A stretch of 64,000 bases of DNA, taken from the NCBI GenBank assembly GCA_963782055.1, contig CAWAIF010000003.1:2944001-3008000 (forward strand). Direction: 5' to 3'. This stretch comes from an uncultured delta proteobacterium. GTDB lineage: Bacteria > Myxococcota_A > Polyangia > Polyangiales > Polyangiaceae. The notes under the pieces were generated by a model. That model searched no databases, was not told where the DNA came from, and was given only the letters and a program-made list of their open reading frames with translations. Below are positions 49,946 through 59,891 of this stretch, one piece after another. Positions within the stretch are counted from its first letter, which is position 1. The number at the start of each line of letters is the position of its first letter. The position numbers and the translations under genes are program-made.

Positions 49946-51732
49946 CACCCGACGTGTCGACCGCGCCCCACGTGGTGGTCGCGGCGGACCTGGACGACGA
50001 CGACGTGGACGGCGTGCCCGACGGGCGCGACGGCGTGGTCGCGCCGGCCGCGCGCGGGGACCTTGTCGTGCTGGACGGCGCGCTGAAGGGCGCGCGCTTT
50101 CGCGTGGCCGGCGGCACCGGCAAGGTGCGCATCGTGCAGGGCGGAGGCGTGGTGCCGTGGGGCAAGCCCATCGCGCGGGGGGCCGCGCTGCAGGGGGTCG
50201 CCCCGGGCATGGTGACGCTCGTCGCCCGGCTGAAGAACTGGCGCGAGCGCACGATTGTCGTCGACGTGCGCGGGGTCACCTTCCGCGACACCAGCGGCCA
50301 CCCGGTCGACGCCACCCGCAGCCACGCGTCGATGGAGCGCAACCCGCCCTCGTTGCCGGCCACGCCGCTCGGCGCGCCCCCACCTGGCGGGCCCGCGGAC
50401 CCGTCGGATCACGACGCCCTGCGCGCGGTGCTGGTCGTGCCCGACGCCTCGACCGCGCCCATCGACGCGAGCGTGGTGTCGTACTCGGCGGGTGGCATCG
50501 AGCTGGACGCGCTCGACCACGTGCCGCTCTTGCCCGCCCCGTGCGACCCGGGCTTCACCGCCGTGCACTGCCTGGAGACGGTCCCGCTGCGCTTCGTCGT
50601 GGACGACGTGGACCGCGCCCACCCGCTGGTGGTGGACCGCTCGCTGCGCGCGGAGGTGGGCGGGGCGATCGTGGTGCGCACCGCCGGCCGCAAGCAGGCC
50701 ATCCGCGTGATGGGCCCGCGGGAGACGCCCGCCGGTCCGATCGGGCGGCTGCGCGCTCACGTGCGGGCGTTCGTGGTGCGCCTCACCCGCGGCGGTCCGC
50801 CGGCCATCGGCGGCAACGACGCCGGCGCGGTCGCGATGCTCCGCGCCGAGCTGGCCCTCGCTTCGGCCACGTGGGGGCAGTGCGGCCTGAGCTTCGGCAA
50901 CGCCGCCAGGCAGCAGGTCCACGTGGTGGACCCTCCGCCGCCCTTCCTGCTCGCCATCGGCGACGATCTCGGCCTGCCTGCCTCCGGCGGCGAGATCCGC
51001 CTGCGCGTGGACGGTCGCAACGTCTCGGTGCCCGTCACCGCGGGCAGCAGCGTGGAGAGCGTGGCGCACCAGGTCGCCGCCGCCCTCGGACGGGCGAGCT
51101 TCGTCGTGACCGAGTCGCCCAACCCCCGGATCGGCCCCGGCGCGGCCGCGAGCATCGACCTCTTGGTGCGCCGGCCGAACGGCCACCCCGCCGTCCTCGA
51201 CGCCCGCGCCGGCGGCCCGCTCTCCACCGACGCCACGCTGAGCGTGCGCATCGGGCGCGTGGACCCGGCCGATGGCGTGGACCACTTCGGCGACACCGAC
51301 GCCGTCGCCGGCACGCTGGAGGAGCGCACGCTGCTCAAGTCCCTCGACGACGGCGACCCCTCCACCATCGAGGTCGTGGTGGTCCCCTTCTTCGGCGGCT
51401 CCGGTCGCATCGGCGAGTCCTTCATCGCCGACGAGTCACCCTCCATGCAGAACGCGGTGCTCCTGGACCGCGCCGGTGTGCGCGCGCGCCGGTCCAGCTT
51501 CACCCTGGCCCACGAGCTCGGGCACATCTTCCTGCACGAGGCCGGTCACCCCGACGACTACGGCGTCGACACGCCCACCCTGCTGATGGACTCCGACGCC
51601 TCCGATGCTTCCCCCTTCGGCCCGCGCCGCATCACCCTGGATCAGTGCGCGGAGATGCTGCGCGAGTCGGGCCCCACCTCCCGCGTCCCCCTGGTGGCGC
51701 CGTGGCCCCTCACCCCCCTCAACCTCCACTAG
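49942..51732 (+). CDS. Hypothetical protein with C-terminal zinc-metallopeptidase motif
   Basis: ADLDDDDVDGVPDG acidic loop; TLAHELGHIFLHEAGHPDD...LLMD. Confidence 0.75.
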   Translation: MTPDVSTAPHVVVAADLDDDDVDGVPDGRDGVVAPAARGDLVVLDGALKGARFRVAGGTGKVRIVQGGGVVPWGKPIARGAALQGVAPGMVTLVARLKNWRERTIVVDVRGVTFRDTSGHPVDATRSHASMERNPPSLPATPLGAPPPGGPADPSDHDALRAVLVVPDASTAPIDASVVSYSAGGIELDALDHVPLLPAPCDPGFTAVHCLETVPLRFVVDDVDRAHPLVVDRSLRAEVGGAIVVRTAGRKQAIRVMGPRETPAGPIGRLRAHVRAFVVRLTRGGPPAIGGNDAGAVAMLRAELALASATWGQCGLSFGNAARQQVHVVDPPPPFLLAIGDDLGLPASGGEIRLRVDGRNVSVPVTAGSSVESVAHQVAAALGRASFVVTESPNPRIGPGAAASIDLLVRRPNGHPAVLDARAGGPLSTDATLSVRIGRVDPADGVDHFGDTDAVAGTLEERTLLKSLDDGDPSTIEVVVVPFFGGSGRIGESFIADESPSMQNAVLLDRAGVRARRSSFTLAHELGHIFLHEAGHPDDYGVDTPTLLMDSDASDASPFGPRRITLDQCAEMLRESGPTSRVPLVAPWPLTPLNLH

Positions 51733-51776
51733 TTCTTGGGAAGGGCGGCACGCGCCGCCTCGCGCGTCGGGCGTCT

Positions 51777-52481
51777 TCACGCCAGATCGAACACCAGCGC
51801 TTCCCCGCCTCCCTCGCCCCCCGCGATCACCAGCTCCCCGGCGTCGCTCGTCGACGCGCCGTCCCCCGCGGCCAGCGCCTCCCCGTTCACCGTCACCTTT
51901 CCCCGCGCCACCTGCACCCACGCGTGCCGTCCCGGCTTCACCGCGTGCACGACCTTCCCGCCCGCCTCGAGCACCGTCGCGTACACGCGCGCGTCGGCGT
52001 GGATCGTCACGCTCCCGTCCGCGCCCTCCGGCGACGCGATCAGCCGCAGCCGCCCGCGCTTGTCGGCGTCGTCGAAGCGCTTCTGCTCGTAGCTCGGGGC
52101 GTGCCCCGGTGCGTCGGGCATGATCCAGATCTGCAGGAAGTGAACGGGCTCGGTCGCCGACCCGTTCTGCTCGCTGTGCCGCACGCCGGTGCCGGCGCTC
52201 ATCCGCTGCACGTCGCCCGGGACGATGGTCCCCGCGGTGCCGGTGGAGTCCTGGTGCGCCAGCGCGCCCTCCAGCACGTAGGAGAGGATCTCCATGTCGC
52301 GGTGGCCGTGCGTGCCGAAGCCGTTCTTCGGCTTCACCCGGTCCTCGTTGATGACGCGCAGGGCGCGGAAGCCCATGTGCTCCGGGTCGTGGTAGTCGGC
52401 GAAGGAGAAGGTGTGGCGGGTGTCGAGCCAGCCGTGATCGAAGCGGCCACGATCGGCGGCGCGGCGGATGGTGAGCGTCAT
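51777..52481 (-). CDS. Pirin family protein (YhhW-like)
   Basis: HGWLDTRHTFSFADY, LRVINED, GFGTHGHRDMEILSY, MSAGTGVRHSE, FLQIWI. Confidence 0.95.
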   Translation of the reverse strand: MTLTIRRAADRGRFDHGWLDTRHTFSFADYHDPEHMGFRALRVINEDRVKPKNGFGTHGHRDMEILSYVLEGALAHQDSTGTAGTIVPGDVQRMSAGTGVRHSEQNGSATEPVHFLQIWIMPDAPGHAPSYEQKRFDDADKRGRLRLIASPEGADGSVTIHADARVYATVLEAGGKVVHAVKPGRHAWVQVARGKVTVNGEALAAGDGASTSDAGELVIAGGEGGGEALVFDLA

Positions 52482-52636
52482 GTCTTCCTCCAGGCCGAAA
52501 GGTGCCCGACATCCCTGTCGCCTGGCAATGGCGTCTTCGCGAGCAAAGCGAGCGCCGCGTGGGGTGGGGCCCCGAAGAACCGCGTCTTTCGGGGCGGGCG
52601 GCGCGTGCCGGCCCCGTGAGACAAGACCTAGATCGG

Positions 52637-52663
52637 ACGAGCGCGACTCCGAATCGCGCTCGT
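52637..52663. promoter_or_regulatory. Perfect 10-bp inverted repeat ACGAGCGCGA-N7-TCGCGCTCGT (operator or RNA hairpin)
   Basis: Read directly between the divergent pirin and 52680 genes. Confidence 0.4.
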
Positions 52664-52679
52664 TCATTTAGGATGACGG

Positions 52680-53267
52680 GTGATGCCTCGCCGTTCCGCG
52701 CTCGCCGCGCTCGCCGCGCTCCTCTCGGTCGCCGCCCCCGCGTGGCCGCAGCCCGTCGCACAGGCGCACACGGCGACGCCGGCGGCCAGGGCGCCCCGCG
52801 ACTTCTGCCGGGGCTGCGCGGTCGCCCGCGCGATGAGGCGCGCTGGGCCCTTCACGGCCGCGCGCATCCTGGCGGAGTCCCCGCCCGGCCGGCGCTGGCG
52901 CCCCGGCACCGGCACCGGCGTCACGGTGTCGTTTCACGTGACGGTGCGCACGCGCGCGGGCGAGTTCGTGGTGCGCGCGCCGAGCAGCACGGAGGGCGTG
53001 CGGGAGCGCTTCGCCCAGACCTCCTCGCCGGTCGCGCTGAGGGCGGTCCGCGTGCGTGGCGCGGTGCGCGTGGTGGCGGAGTTCAGGGAGAGCGTCACCG
53101 GCGAGAGCACGCAGGCGCTGACGCGGGTCCTCGTGCTCTGCCAGGTCGCCGCGTCCGGCGTGCCGGCGTGCCTGGTGGTCCGGGGCGCCCGGCTCCTTCC
53201 GGACGGGGACGTAGAAGACGAGGGAGCCGGACCGAGCGCTCACCCCTGGACTCCCCTGTTTCCCTGA
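52680..53267 (+). CDS. Hypothetical secreted protein
   Basis: Signal-peptide-like N-terminus; CRGC and a further Cys pair. Confidence 0.5.
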   Translation: MMPRRSALAALAALLSVAAPAWPQPVAQAHTATPAARAPRDFCRGCAVARAMRRAGPFTAARILAESPPGRRWRPGTGTGVTVSFHVTVRTRAGEFVVRAPSSTEGVRERFAQTSSPVALRAVRVRGAVRVVAEFRESVTGESTQALTRVLVLCQVAASGVPACLVVRGARLLPDGDVEDEGAGPSAHPWTPLFP

Positions 53268-53358
53268 AGCGCCACCGCCCGTCGAAGCCCAAAAGAGACA
53301 GAGGTCTGCTGGACGAGCGTCCAGTCGCTGGGCATAGTGCCCCCCTGGAGGCACGGGT

Positions 53359-55053
53359 TTGCGAAAGCTCACTGGCTTGCTTGGGCTCTGCGGTCTTGTG
53401 GTGGCGGCGGCCTGCGCGAAGGGCACCGGTGGGGTGGACGACACCATCCCCGGCACTGACGCGGGCGGCGGCGATGACGGCGGCCTGCCGGCGCTGGACG
53501 CGAGCGAGGGCGGCGGCCCCACCGACAGCGGCCCCCCGCCCGACGCGGGATGCGCACCCGGCACCTACGATCTCGACGGCGATCCCAAGAACGGCTGCGA
53601 GTACAAGTGCACGCCGACCAACAACGCGCCAAACGACCCGATTGACGGCACGTACACCGACGACAACTGCGACGGCAGCGACGGCGTCGTCGCCGATTGC
53701 GTCTACGTCGCGCAGGACGGCACCGACGATCCCAAGAACGGATCGCGCACCGCGCCGGTCAAGACGGTCGCCTACGGCATCACCCTCGCCAAGCAGCAGA
53801 AGAAGTCGGTGTGCCTCGCGGGGGACACCTTCGACGGCGAGGTGGACGTGGAGTCGGGCGTGAGCATCTACGGCGGCTTCGACGAGAAGGACAAGACGTT
53901 CCCCTTCCGCCGCGGGCCGGGCGCCACCAGCACCCTCTCGGCGAAGGGCACGGTCCTCTACGCGGCGACCGTCGACGCCGACACGCACCTCGAGGGCCTC
54001 ACCATCACCGCCCTCAGCCCCGACGCCGGCGACTACGGCGCGAGCGCCTATGGCGTGCGCAGCGTCGGCGGCACCGGCACCCTCTACGTGCGCTACGACA
54101 TCATGAACATCGGCGCCGGGCAGGACGGCGCGGCCGGCGCGAAGGGCGGGAACGGCGCGAACGGCAACAACGGCAGCCAGGGCACCAACGCGTGCAGCAA
54201 CTGCTCCAGCATCGGCTTCGGCAAGGGCGGATCGCCGGGCGGGGCTGCGGTGACGTCGTCCTGCGGCGGTGACTCGAGCGGCGCGGGCGGGCAGGGTGGC
54301 TACGACCAGGGCGGCGGCGCCACGGGCGGCACCACGACGGTCGCCGGCGGTCCCGCGGGCAGCGGCGGCGGGTGCAGCGTGGGCTTCTCCACCCTGGGCA
54401 GCGACGGCCAGCCTGGCAGCAAGCCGAGCAGCCCGGGCGCCTCCGGCAACGACGGCGCCGGTGGCGCGTCCAAGGGCGCGGTCTCCGCGATGGCCCTCTA
54501 CGTCCCCGCGATGGCCAACCCCGGTACGCAGGGTTACGCCGGCGGCTCGGGCTCCGGCGGCGGCGGCGGCGGCGGTGGTGCCGACTGCACCTTCTCGAAC
54601 CCGGATCGCGGCGCGGGCGGCGGCTCCGGCGGCACCGGCGGCTGCGGCGGGGCGTCCGGCAAGGCGGGGCAGGGCGGAGGCGGTAGCCTCGGCGTGCTGA
54701 TCTACGGCGGCACCGCCGTCGTCGGCGCGAACACCATCACCACGGGCAAGGGCGGCACCGGCGGCGCGGGCGGCGCGGGTGGCAGCGGGGGCGCGGGCGG
54801 CAGCGGCGCGCCGGGCGGCGGCACCGCGGACGACGGCCGCGCGGGCGGCGACGGCGGCGACGGCGCCGCGGGCGGGAGCGGCGGCAGCGGCGGCGGCGGC
54901 GGCGGCGGGCCGAGCGCGTGCCTCGCGTACATCAGCTCGGCCACGGTCACCGAGACGCCGCCGAACACGTGCACCCCCGGAGGCGGCGGCGCCGGCGGCA
55001 ACGCGCCGAAGGTCGGAGCGACGGGGTTCAGCGGGAGCAAGCTCACGTTCTAG
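53359..55053 (+). CDS. Gly-rich (PGRS-like) surface lipoprotein with beta-helix-like N-domain
   Basis: Lipobox AAAC; NGCEYKC, DDNCDGSDG, YVAQDGTD...GSRTAPVKT; ~300 aa of GGx repeats; GGAGG SD before TTG. Confidence 0.85.
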   Translation: MRKLTGLLGLCGLVVAAACAKGTGGVDDTIPGTDAGGGDDGGLPALDASEGGGPTDSGPPPDAGCAPGTYDLDGDPKNGCEYKCTPTNNAPNDPIDGTYTDDNCDGSDGVVADCVYVAQDGTDDPKNGSRTAPVKTVAYGITLAKQQKKSVCLAGDTFDGEVDVESGVSIYGGFDEKDKTFPFRRGPGATSTLSAKGTVLYAATVDADTHLEGLTITALSPDAGDYGASAYGVRSVGGTGTLYVRYDIMNIGAGQDGAAGAKGGNGANGNNGSQGTNACSNCSSIGFGKGGSPGGAAVTSSCGGDSSGAGGQGGYDQGGGATGGTTTVAGGPAGSGGGCSVGFSTLGSDGQPGSKPSSPGASGNDGAGGASKGAVSAMALYVPAMANPGTQGYAGGSGSGGGGGGGGADCTFSNPDRGAGGGSGGTGGCGGASGKAGQGGGGSLGVLIYGGTAVVGANTITTGKGGTGGAGGAGGSGGAGGSGAPGGGTADDGRAGGDGGDGAAGGSGGSGGGGGGGPSACLAYISSATVTETPPNTCTPGGGGAGGNAPKVGATGFSGSKLTF

Positions 55054-55093
55054 GGAAGGCCGATCATCCTCCCCGCCCGCAGGGCTGGCCCCC

Positions 55094-55696
55094 TTACTTC
55101 TTCTTCTTCCCGCCGCTCTCGCTCGCCGGCTCCACCAGCTCCACGTCCCACGGCACGACCGAGTCCACCGGGGCCGCGTACGGGGGAAACACCAGGTTCT
55201 TGAACGCCAGCTTGATGCACCTGCCCACCGGGTTGTCCCCGTAGGGCTCCGGCACGTCCACCGCGTGCACGTGTCCGTTGCGTCCGAGGTCCACGTGGAT
55301 GGTCAGCTGGCCCCACGGCCCGATCGCCTTGCCGTTGGCGTCGGTGGCCGCGCCGCAGTTGCCCTTGACCTGCACCGCGGCGCGCTTGAGCACCATCTCC
55401 ACGTTGTCCTTGTCGTAGGGCGTCTTCGGTTCGGCCGGGGCGGTCCCTCCGCCGGTGCCCGCGCCGTCGCCGCCGGAGGCCTCCCCGCCGCCGCCGGTGG
55501 AGCCGCCGCCGGAGCCGGGTCCCGATTCGTCCGGGGGCGCCACGCAGTCGCCGCCCTGCTTGGACGTGCCCGGCGGGCAATCGTCGTCGGTGCCGCCGCC
55601 GGGCGATTCCGCGGGCTTTCCACCACCACACGCGGCGACGAGGAGCGCCGCCGCGGCCATCCAGATGCTTGCACTGTGCAGATGTCTCATGACCAC
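55094..55696 (-). CDS. Lipoprotein with C-terminal TonB-C/AgmX-like domain
   Basis: Lipobox VAAC; C...GQLTIHVDLGRNGHV...PVGRCI..AF....FPPY. Confidence 0.7.
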   Translation of the reverse strand: MVMRHLHSASIWMAAAALLVAACGGGKPAESPGGGTDDDCPPGTSKQGGDCVAPPDESGPGSGGGSTGGGGEASGGDGAGTGGGTAPAEPKTPYDKDNVEMVLKRAAVQVKGNCGAATDANGKAIGPWGQLTIHVDLGRNGHVHAVDVPEPYGDNPVGRCIKLAFKNLVFPPYAAPVDSVVPWDVELVEPASESGGKKKK

Positions 55697-55777
55697 CCCA
55701 GGGTTGTCGTTGGACGCAGCGGGTGGAGCATAGCGCGATCGGCGCAGGTCGGCCTGATCCGCGTCCCCCTTCTTCTT

Positions 55778-55823
55778 CTCCCCCCTCTCCCTCGCAGGGA
55801 GCGGGAGGCCCGGAGGGGTGAGG
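55778..55823 (-). repeat. REP-like imperfect hairpin directly after the IgGFc gene stop
   Basis: Minus strand reads CCTCACCCCTCCGGGCCTCCCGCTCCCTGCGAGGGAGAGGGGGGAG; core stem CTCCCT-CGC-AGGGAG. Confidence 0.5.
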
Positions 55824-57800
55824 TTACTTGATGCTGATGTCCTCCAGCTGCGTGCCCCCGGCGTAGGCGTAGCTCACGTAGCTGTCGAAGCCGTACACCA
55901 CCACTCCCACCGGCTGGTCGGCCTGCACGTGGTGCACGCCGTCGTCCTGCTTGCCCGGGGCGATGTTGTCCGGCGCCGTCTTGGTGGGGTCGATCTGCGG
56001 GAAGGAGAGCTGGCAGCGGTACGCGAGGTACGGCGGGTCCTTCGCTCCGCGCTCGTCCGGCGTGAGGCCGTCGCCCGCGCCGATGTCGCACCGGGTGGAG
56101 TCGAGCGGCAGGCCGTCCAGGTAGACGTGCGCATCGAACGGGGCGGAGATGACGAGGAAGTCGAAGTCGTACTTGTCCGGCGTGAGCAGGACGTAGTCGC
56201 CGCGCCACTGCTCGATGGGCGCGACGAAGGTGATGCTGGGATCGCCGCCCGGCAGGCCGCGCGGGACGCCCGCCGCGTCCTGGCTCGCCTGCGTGTCCAT
56301 CACCACCGCGGGCTGCGAGGCGTCGAGCAGGAAGTCGCCGTAGGCGACCAGCGTCTTGTTGGCGCCAGGCCCGGCGAGGTCGAACTGATCCTGCGGCGGC
56401 GGGAGCGTGGTCTTGACGTGCGTCGTGCCGTCCGCCACCGCCATCACGCGGAAGTACTCCGGCTCGCCGACGACCCCGATGTTGCCGCCCGCCGCGGCCA
56501 CCACCTTGGAGCGCGTGGGCATGTGCGCGAGCGCGTAGGTCTTGCCCACCGCGCGCGCCGGCGTGAGCTGCTCCTCCAGGTGGTCGGCGCAGCAGAAGCG
56601 GTCGGCGATCTTGGTGAAGTCGGGGGCGTCGGAGGCCTCGCTCCCCGGGAAGACGGCCACCGGCTGGTCCGCCGAGACGGTGCTGCCGGTGAAGTCGCCG
56701 TTGAACTCGCCCGTCTCCAGGTTGAGCACCTCGAAGGGCTGGAGCGTGACGTCCGCCTCGCCCCCGGCGTCCAGGCCCTGCGCGAAGGGCCCGCCCGGGA
56801 TGATGCGCACCGCCGTCTTCAGGTGCACGTGGGTGTCCGGGCGCGTCCCGACGACGGTCAGGAAGGCGCGCAGGTCCTCGCCGAAGTTCTGCGAGGGCAC
56901 GTCGCTCTTGGCGATGGTCTGCGGCCACCCCAGCACCACGTACCCGCTGCCCGCCTGGCTGGAGAGCGCCGAGACCGGCAGGAGCTGGGAGGCGTCGTTG
57001 GAGAAGACGTTGACGTTCTCCAGCGGGTTGAACTGGTAAGCGACGATGGGCATCGACGCGCGGACCCGGAAGGCGTGGCGGGTGAGCGCGGTGCCGGTGC
57101 CGGTGTTGAACTCGCCGTCCGGCGAGCCGTCCACCTCCCGCGGGCCGAGCTTGAAGACCTCCAGGTTCTGCGGGGCGATGGTGGCGGTGGCCACGGTGCG
57201 GACGTCGGGTGGATCGCCCGGCGCGGAGTCGTCCTCCTCGACGGTCACGGTGGTGGCGACGTCCGGCTCGGCGTTGGAGACCACCACCGCGAACTGCTGC
57301 GCGGCGGCGTTGAGCGAGGCGCTCTCCACCGCGTTGTCCAGGTCCGCCGCCCAGTACTCGCACCCGATGTTGGAGTGGTGATCGTCGGCATACTGGCAGA
57401 GGTTGATGCACGCGCCGCCCCGGCACGCGACGCCGGCGCTCGGATCGCAGGTGTCGCCCTTGACGTAGGAGTCGCCGTCCGGCGCGCACGTCTCGGTCGT
57501 CTGCCCGTCACACGCCCCGAGGCCCGGCGAGCACCTGGTGCACTGCAGCAGCGCCGCCGCGCAGACCAGCCCGCGCGCGCCGCAGTCGTCGACGGTCTCG
57601 TAGCCGCTCTCGTCGTCCTTGCAGCGCGAGAGCACCTCACCGCGGCAGCTCACCGTCCCCGCCACGCACGGGTGCTGCACCTTCACCGGCGTATCGCGGT
57701 ACGCCGGATCGAACCGACAGGCCACCGCGAGCCCGAACGCGGCGAGCAGCAGCCGGTGAGCGTCAGTACGCGCCGTGGTACGAGTCGAACGCATAGGCAC
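55824..57800 (-). CDS. IgGFc-binding-domain lipoprotein
   Basis: Cys-rich N-terminus; NIGCEYWAADLDN, PIVAYQFNPL..FSNDAS.LLP, ADHLEEQL, GDPS....PIEQW, VYGFDSYVSYAYAGG. Confidence 0.88.
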   Translation of the reverse strand: MPMRSTRTTARTDAHRLLLAAFGLAVACRFDPAYRDTPVKVQHPCVAGTVSCRGEVLSRCKDDESGYETVDDCGARGLVCAAALLQCTRCSPGLGACDGQTTETCAPDGDSYVKGDTCDPSAGVACRGGACINLCQYADDHHSNIGCEYWAADLDNAVESASLNAAAQQFAVVVSNAEPDVATTVTVEEDDSAPGDPPDVRTVATATIAPQNLEVFKLGPREVDGSPDGEFNTGTGTALTRHAFRVRASMPIVAYQFNPLENVNVFSNDASQLLPVSALSSQAGSGYVVLGWPQTIAKSDVPSQNFGEDLRAFLTVVGTRPDTHVHLKTAVRIIPGGPFAQGLDAGGEADVTLQPFEVLNLETGEFNGDFTGSTVSADQPVAVFPGSEASDAPDFTKIADRFCCADHLEEQLTPARAVGKTYALAHMPTRSKVVAAAGGNIGVVGEPEYFRVMAVADGTTHVKTTLPPPQDQFDLAGPGANKTLVAYGDFLLDASQPAVVMDTQASQDAAGVPRGLPGGDPSITFVAPIEQWRGDYVLLTPDKYDFDFLVISAPFDAHVYLDGLPLDSTRCDIGAGDGLTPDERGAKDPPYLAYRCQLSFPQIDPTKTAPDNIAPGKQDDGVHHVQADQPVGVVVYGFDSYVSYAYAGGTQLEDISIK

Positions 57801-59808
57801 TCCACGCGCCGCTGTAGAGCTGGCCGGAGCGGAGCTGGGCGTACTGGAAGCCGTTGATCGACGCGACGTACGCGGTGGTCTGGATGGTGCCGTGCTGCGG
57901 GCCGAGCCCGGGCGCGATCTGCGAGAGGTCGGGCACCTTGAAGGAGAGCTTGCCCGGGCTGACGACGGTCCACACCGAGAGCCCGCCGCCCGAGGAGATC
58001 TGCACCTCCACCAGATCGATCGGGCCGCTCGCGGTCACGTCGACGCTGGTGCCGTCCCACTGACCCTGGCCGGGGGAGAGCGGCGTGGGCACCGGCAAGA
58101 AGCCGGTGAGGGCGACGGGCACGTTGGCGTCGTTCGTCTTGACGCCGGAGATGACCGAGGCCGGGTAGGAGAGGTACGGCCCCGTCGCCGCCTGCACGCC
58201 CAGCACGTAGCTCTCGCCGGTGAGGGCCCCGACGAGCGGCGGCACCCCGACGAAGGACACCGCCCCGGGGTGCGGGAGGAAATCGGTGCGGCGGCCCGTC
58301 GGCAGCAGGGCGTAGGTGCCTTGACCCACGCTCGTCGAGAGCAGCGACAGCATCCGGTCCGGCCCGCGGGTGGTCGACGCCGGCGGCGCGGGGGCCACCT
58401 GCACCTCGTGGTCCATCGGGATGTTCATCAGCACGTCGACCTGCGTCGTCTGATCGTTGGGGATGATGGGCACGCCCTTGACCACGCCCATCACGAAGGG
58501 AGAAAAGCGCGATGGCTGCACGCTGGTGTCCTCGATCCCGGCGAGGGCGTACAGGTTCTGGTTCCCCGGGTAGTAGGTGAGCGAGTACGCGTAGCCGTGG
58601 TCCCCGGCGGAATCCATGGTGGTGGCCGTCTTGGGGTCCGGCTGCACGTAGGCGTTCTGCGGATTGGTGGTGGCGACGAAGACATAGGCGGCGCGCCGCT
58701 GGTTCGGTCCGCTGGGCAGCGGTACGCCCGTCCAGTCGCCCTTGGCCTGGATCTCCCCGCCGATGGGGAAGACGAGCTGGCCGGACACCAGCCCGACGGA
58801 CCTGGGCTGCCCGCTGATGCTCTGCGGATCGCCGTTGGCGCAGGAGACGTCGAGCAGCGGCGAGAGGTACGCCGTCACGGTGTCCACAGGCACGTCGACG
58901 AAGGTCATCGGCTGGTGGCACTTCTCGGCGATCGTGACCGTCACCGCGCCGGTGAGCGAGCCGTCCTTGACGATGGCCGCGCCGGAGCCATCGGTGGTCT
59001 TGACCAGGGCGGTCTGCGCGTCACTGCCGACGATCGCCGTCGCGCCGGGGATGGCCATGCCGGTCCAGGCGTCCAGGGCGAGCACCTTGATCTGGCCGCT
59101 GAGCGCCCCGCCGGAGAGGCCGCCGCGGTAGCCGTCGGCGGAGTCGCCGTAGGTGAAGGCGTCGCGCGCCGAGACCGTGCTCTTGTCCTGCGCGGTCACG
59201 AGCACGTCCTTGCTGCCCGGCGAGTCGGCGCCCGTGGTGCAGAGCAGGTGCGTGGCGTCGACCACCTGCACGTCGGCGCACGGCTTGCCGTCGATCGTCA
59301 CCGCGGTGCCGTCCGCCCAGCTCGTGCCGCTGCCCTCGATCGCCACGCGCGTGCCGCCGGTGGTGGACCCCGTCTCCGGCACCAGGTGGATGGCGTCGTA
59401 GGTGAAGCCGGCGGGGAGCACGCGCTCCTTCGCCGTCTTGTCGTCGCGCACCATCACGTCCACCGGTCCCGGCTTGCCCGGCGGCATCGTGACCGCGGCG
59501 CGTGTCGGGTCGCTGGCGAAGACCGCGCTGGGGTCGATCTCCACGCCGGCGACGAAGACGCGCAGCCCGGAGGAGAAGCCGCGCCCGGAGATGACCGAGC
59601 GGGTGCCGCCGGTGAAGGGCCCGTGCGAGGGCGCGAGGCCCAGGATGGCGAAGGGATCGCCGAGATCCACGTCCAGCTTCTGCCCCGCGTCGCCGTCGCC
59701 GAAGTCGGTGGGCGGCGGCGTCCCGGCGTCGTCCGACTGCACGAGCGTGCGCGACGGCAGACACGCCGCCATCACCGCCGTCAGTGCGAGGACCCACCCA
59801 CGCCGCAT
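57763..59808 (-). CDS. IPT/TIG-domain lipoprotein
   Basis: Lipobox MAAC; two IPT repeats (PSHGPFTGGTRSVISGRGF...FTY; PETGSTTGGTRVAIEGSG...FTY). Confidence 0.88.
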   Translation of the reverse strand: MRRGWVLALTAVMAACLPSRTLVQSDDAGTPPPTDFGDGDAGQKLDVDLGDPFAILGLAPSHGPFTGGTRSVISGRGFSSGLRVFVAGVEIDPSAVFASDPTRAAVTMPPGKPGPVDVMVRDDKTAKERVLPAGFTYDAIHLVPETGSTTGGTRVAIEGSGTSWADGTAVTIDGKPCADVQVVDATHLLCTTGADSPGSKDVLVTAQDKSTVSARDAFTYGDSADGYRGGLSGGALSGQIKVLALDAWTGMAIPGATAIVGSDAQTALVKTTDGSGAAIVKDGSLTGAVTVTIAEKCHQPMTFVDVPVDTVTAYLSPLLDVSCANGDPQSISGQPRSVGLVSGQLVFPIGGEIQAKGDWTGVPLPSGPNQRRAAYVFVATTNPQNAYVQPDPKTATTMDSAGDHGYAYSLTYYPGNQNLYALAGIEDTSVQPSRFSPFVMGVVKGVPIIPNDQTTQVDVLMNIPMDHEVQVAPAPPASTTRGPDRMLSLLSTSVGQGTYALLPTGRRTDFLPHPGAVSFVGVPPLVGALTGESYVLGVQAATGPYLSYPASVISGVKTNDANVPVALTGFLPVPTPLSPGQGQWDGTSVDVTASGPIDLVEVQISSGGGLSVWTVVSPGKLSFKVPDLSQIAPGLGPQHGTIQTTAYVASINGFQYAQLRSGQLYSGAWSAYAFDSYHGAY

Positions 59809-59891
59809 GGGCAGAAGGGTAGCACCCGCTTCGGCGCGCGGTCAGAAGAAGGCGCCGGGGAAGGGGGGCGAGGCCGCCCGGCGGCCGGACC

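Noticed and set aside
54100..55000. Gly-rich tract as a mycobacterial PE_PGRS gene or collagen
   Set aside because: No PE domain, it has a lipoprotein signal, and there is no sustained strict Gly-X-Y register; treated as a PGRS-like low-complexity region only
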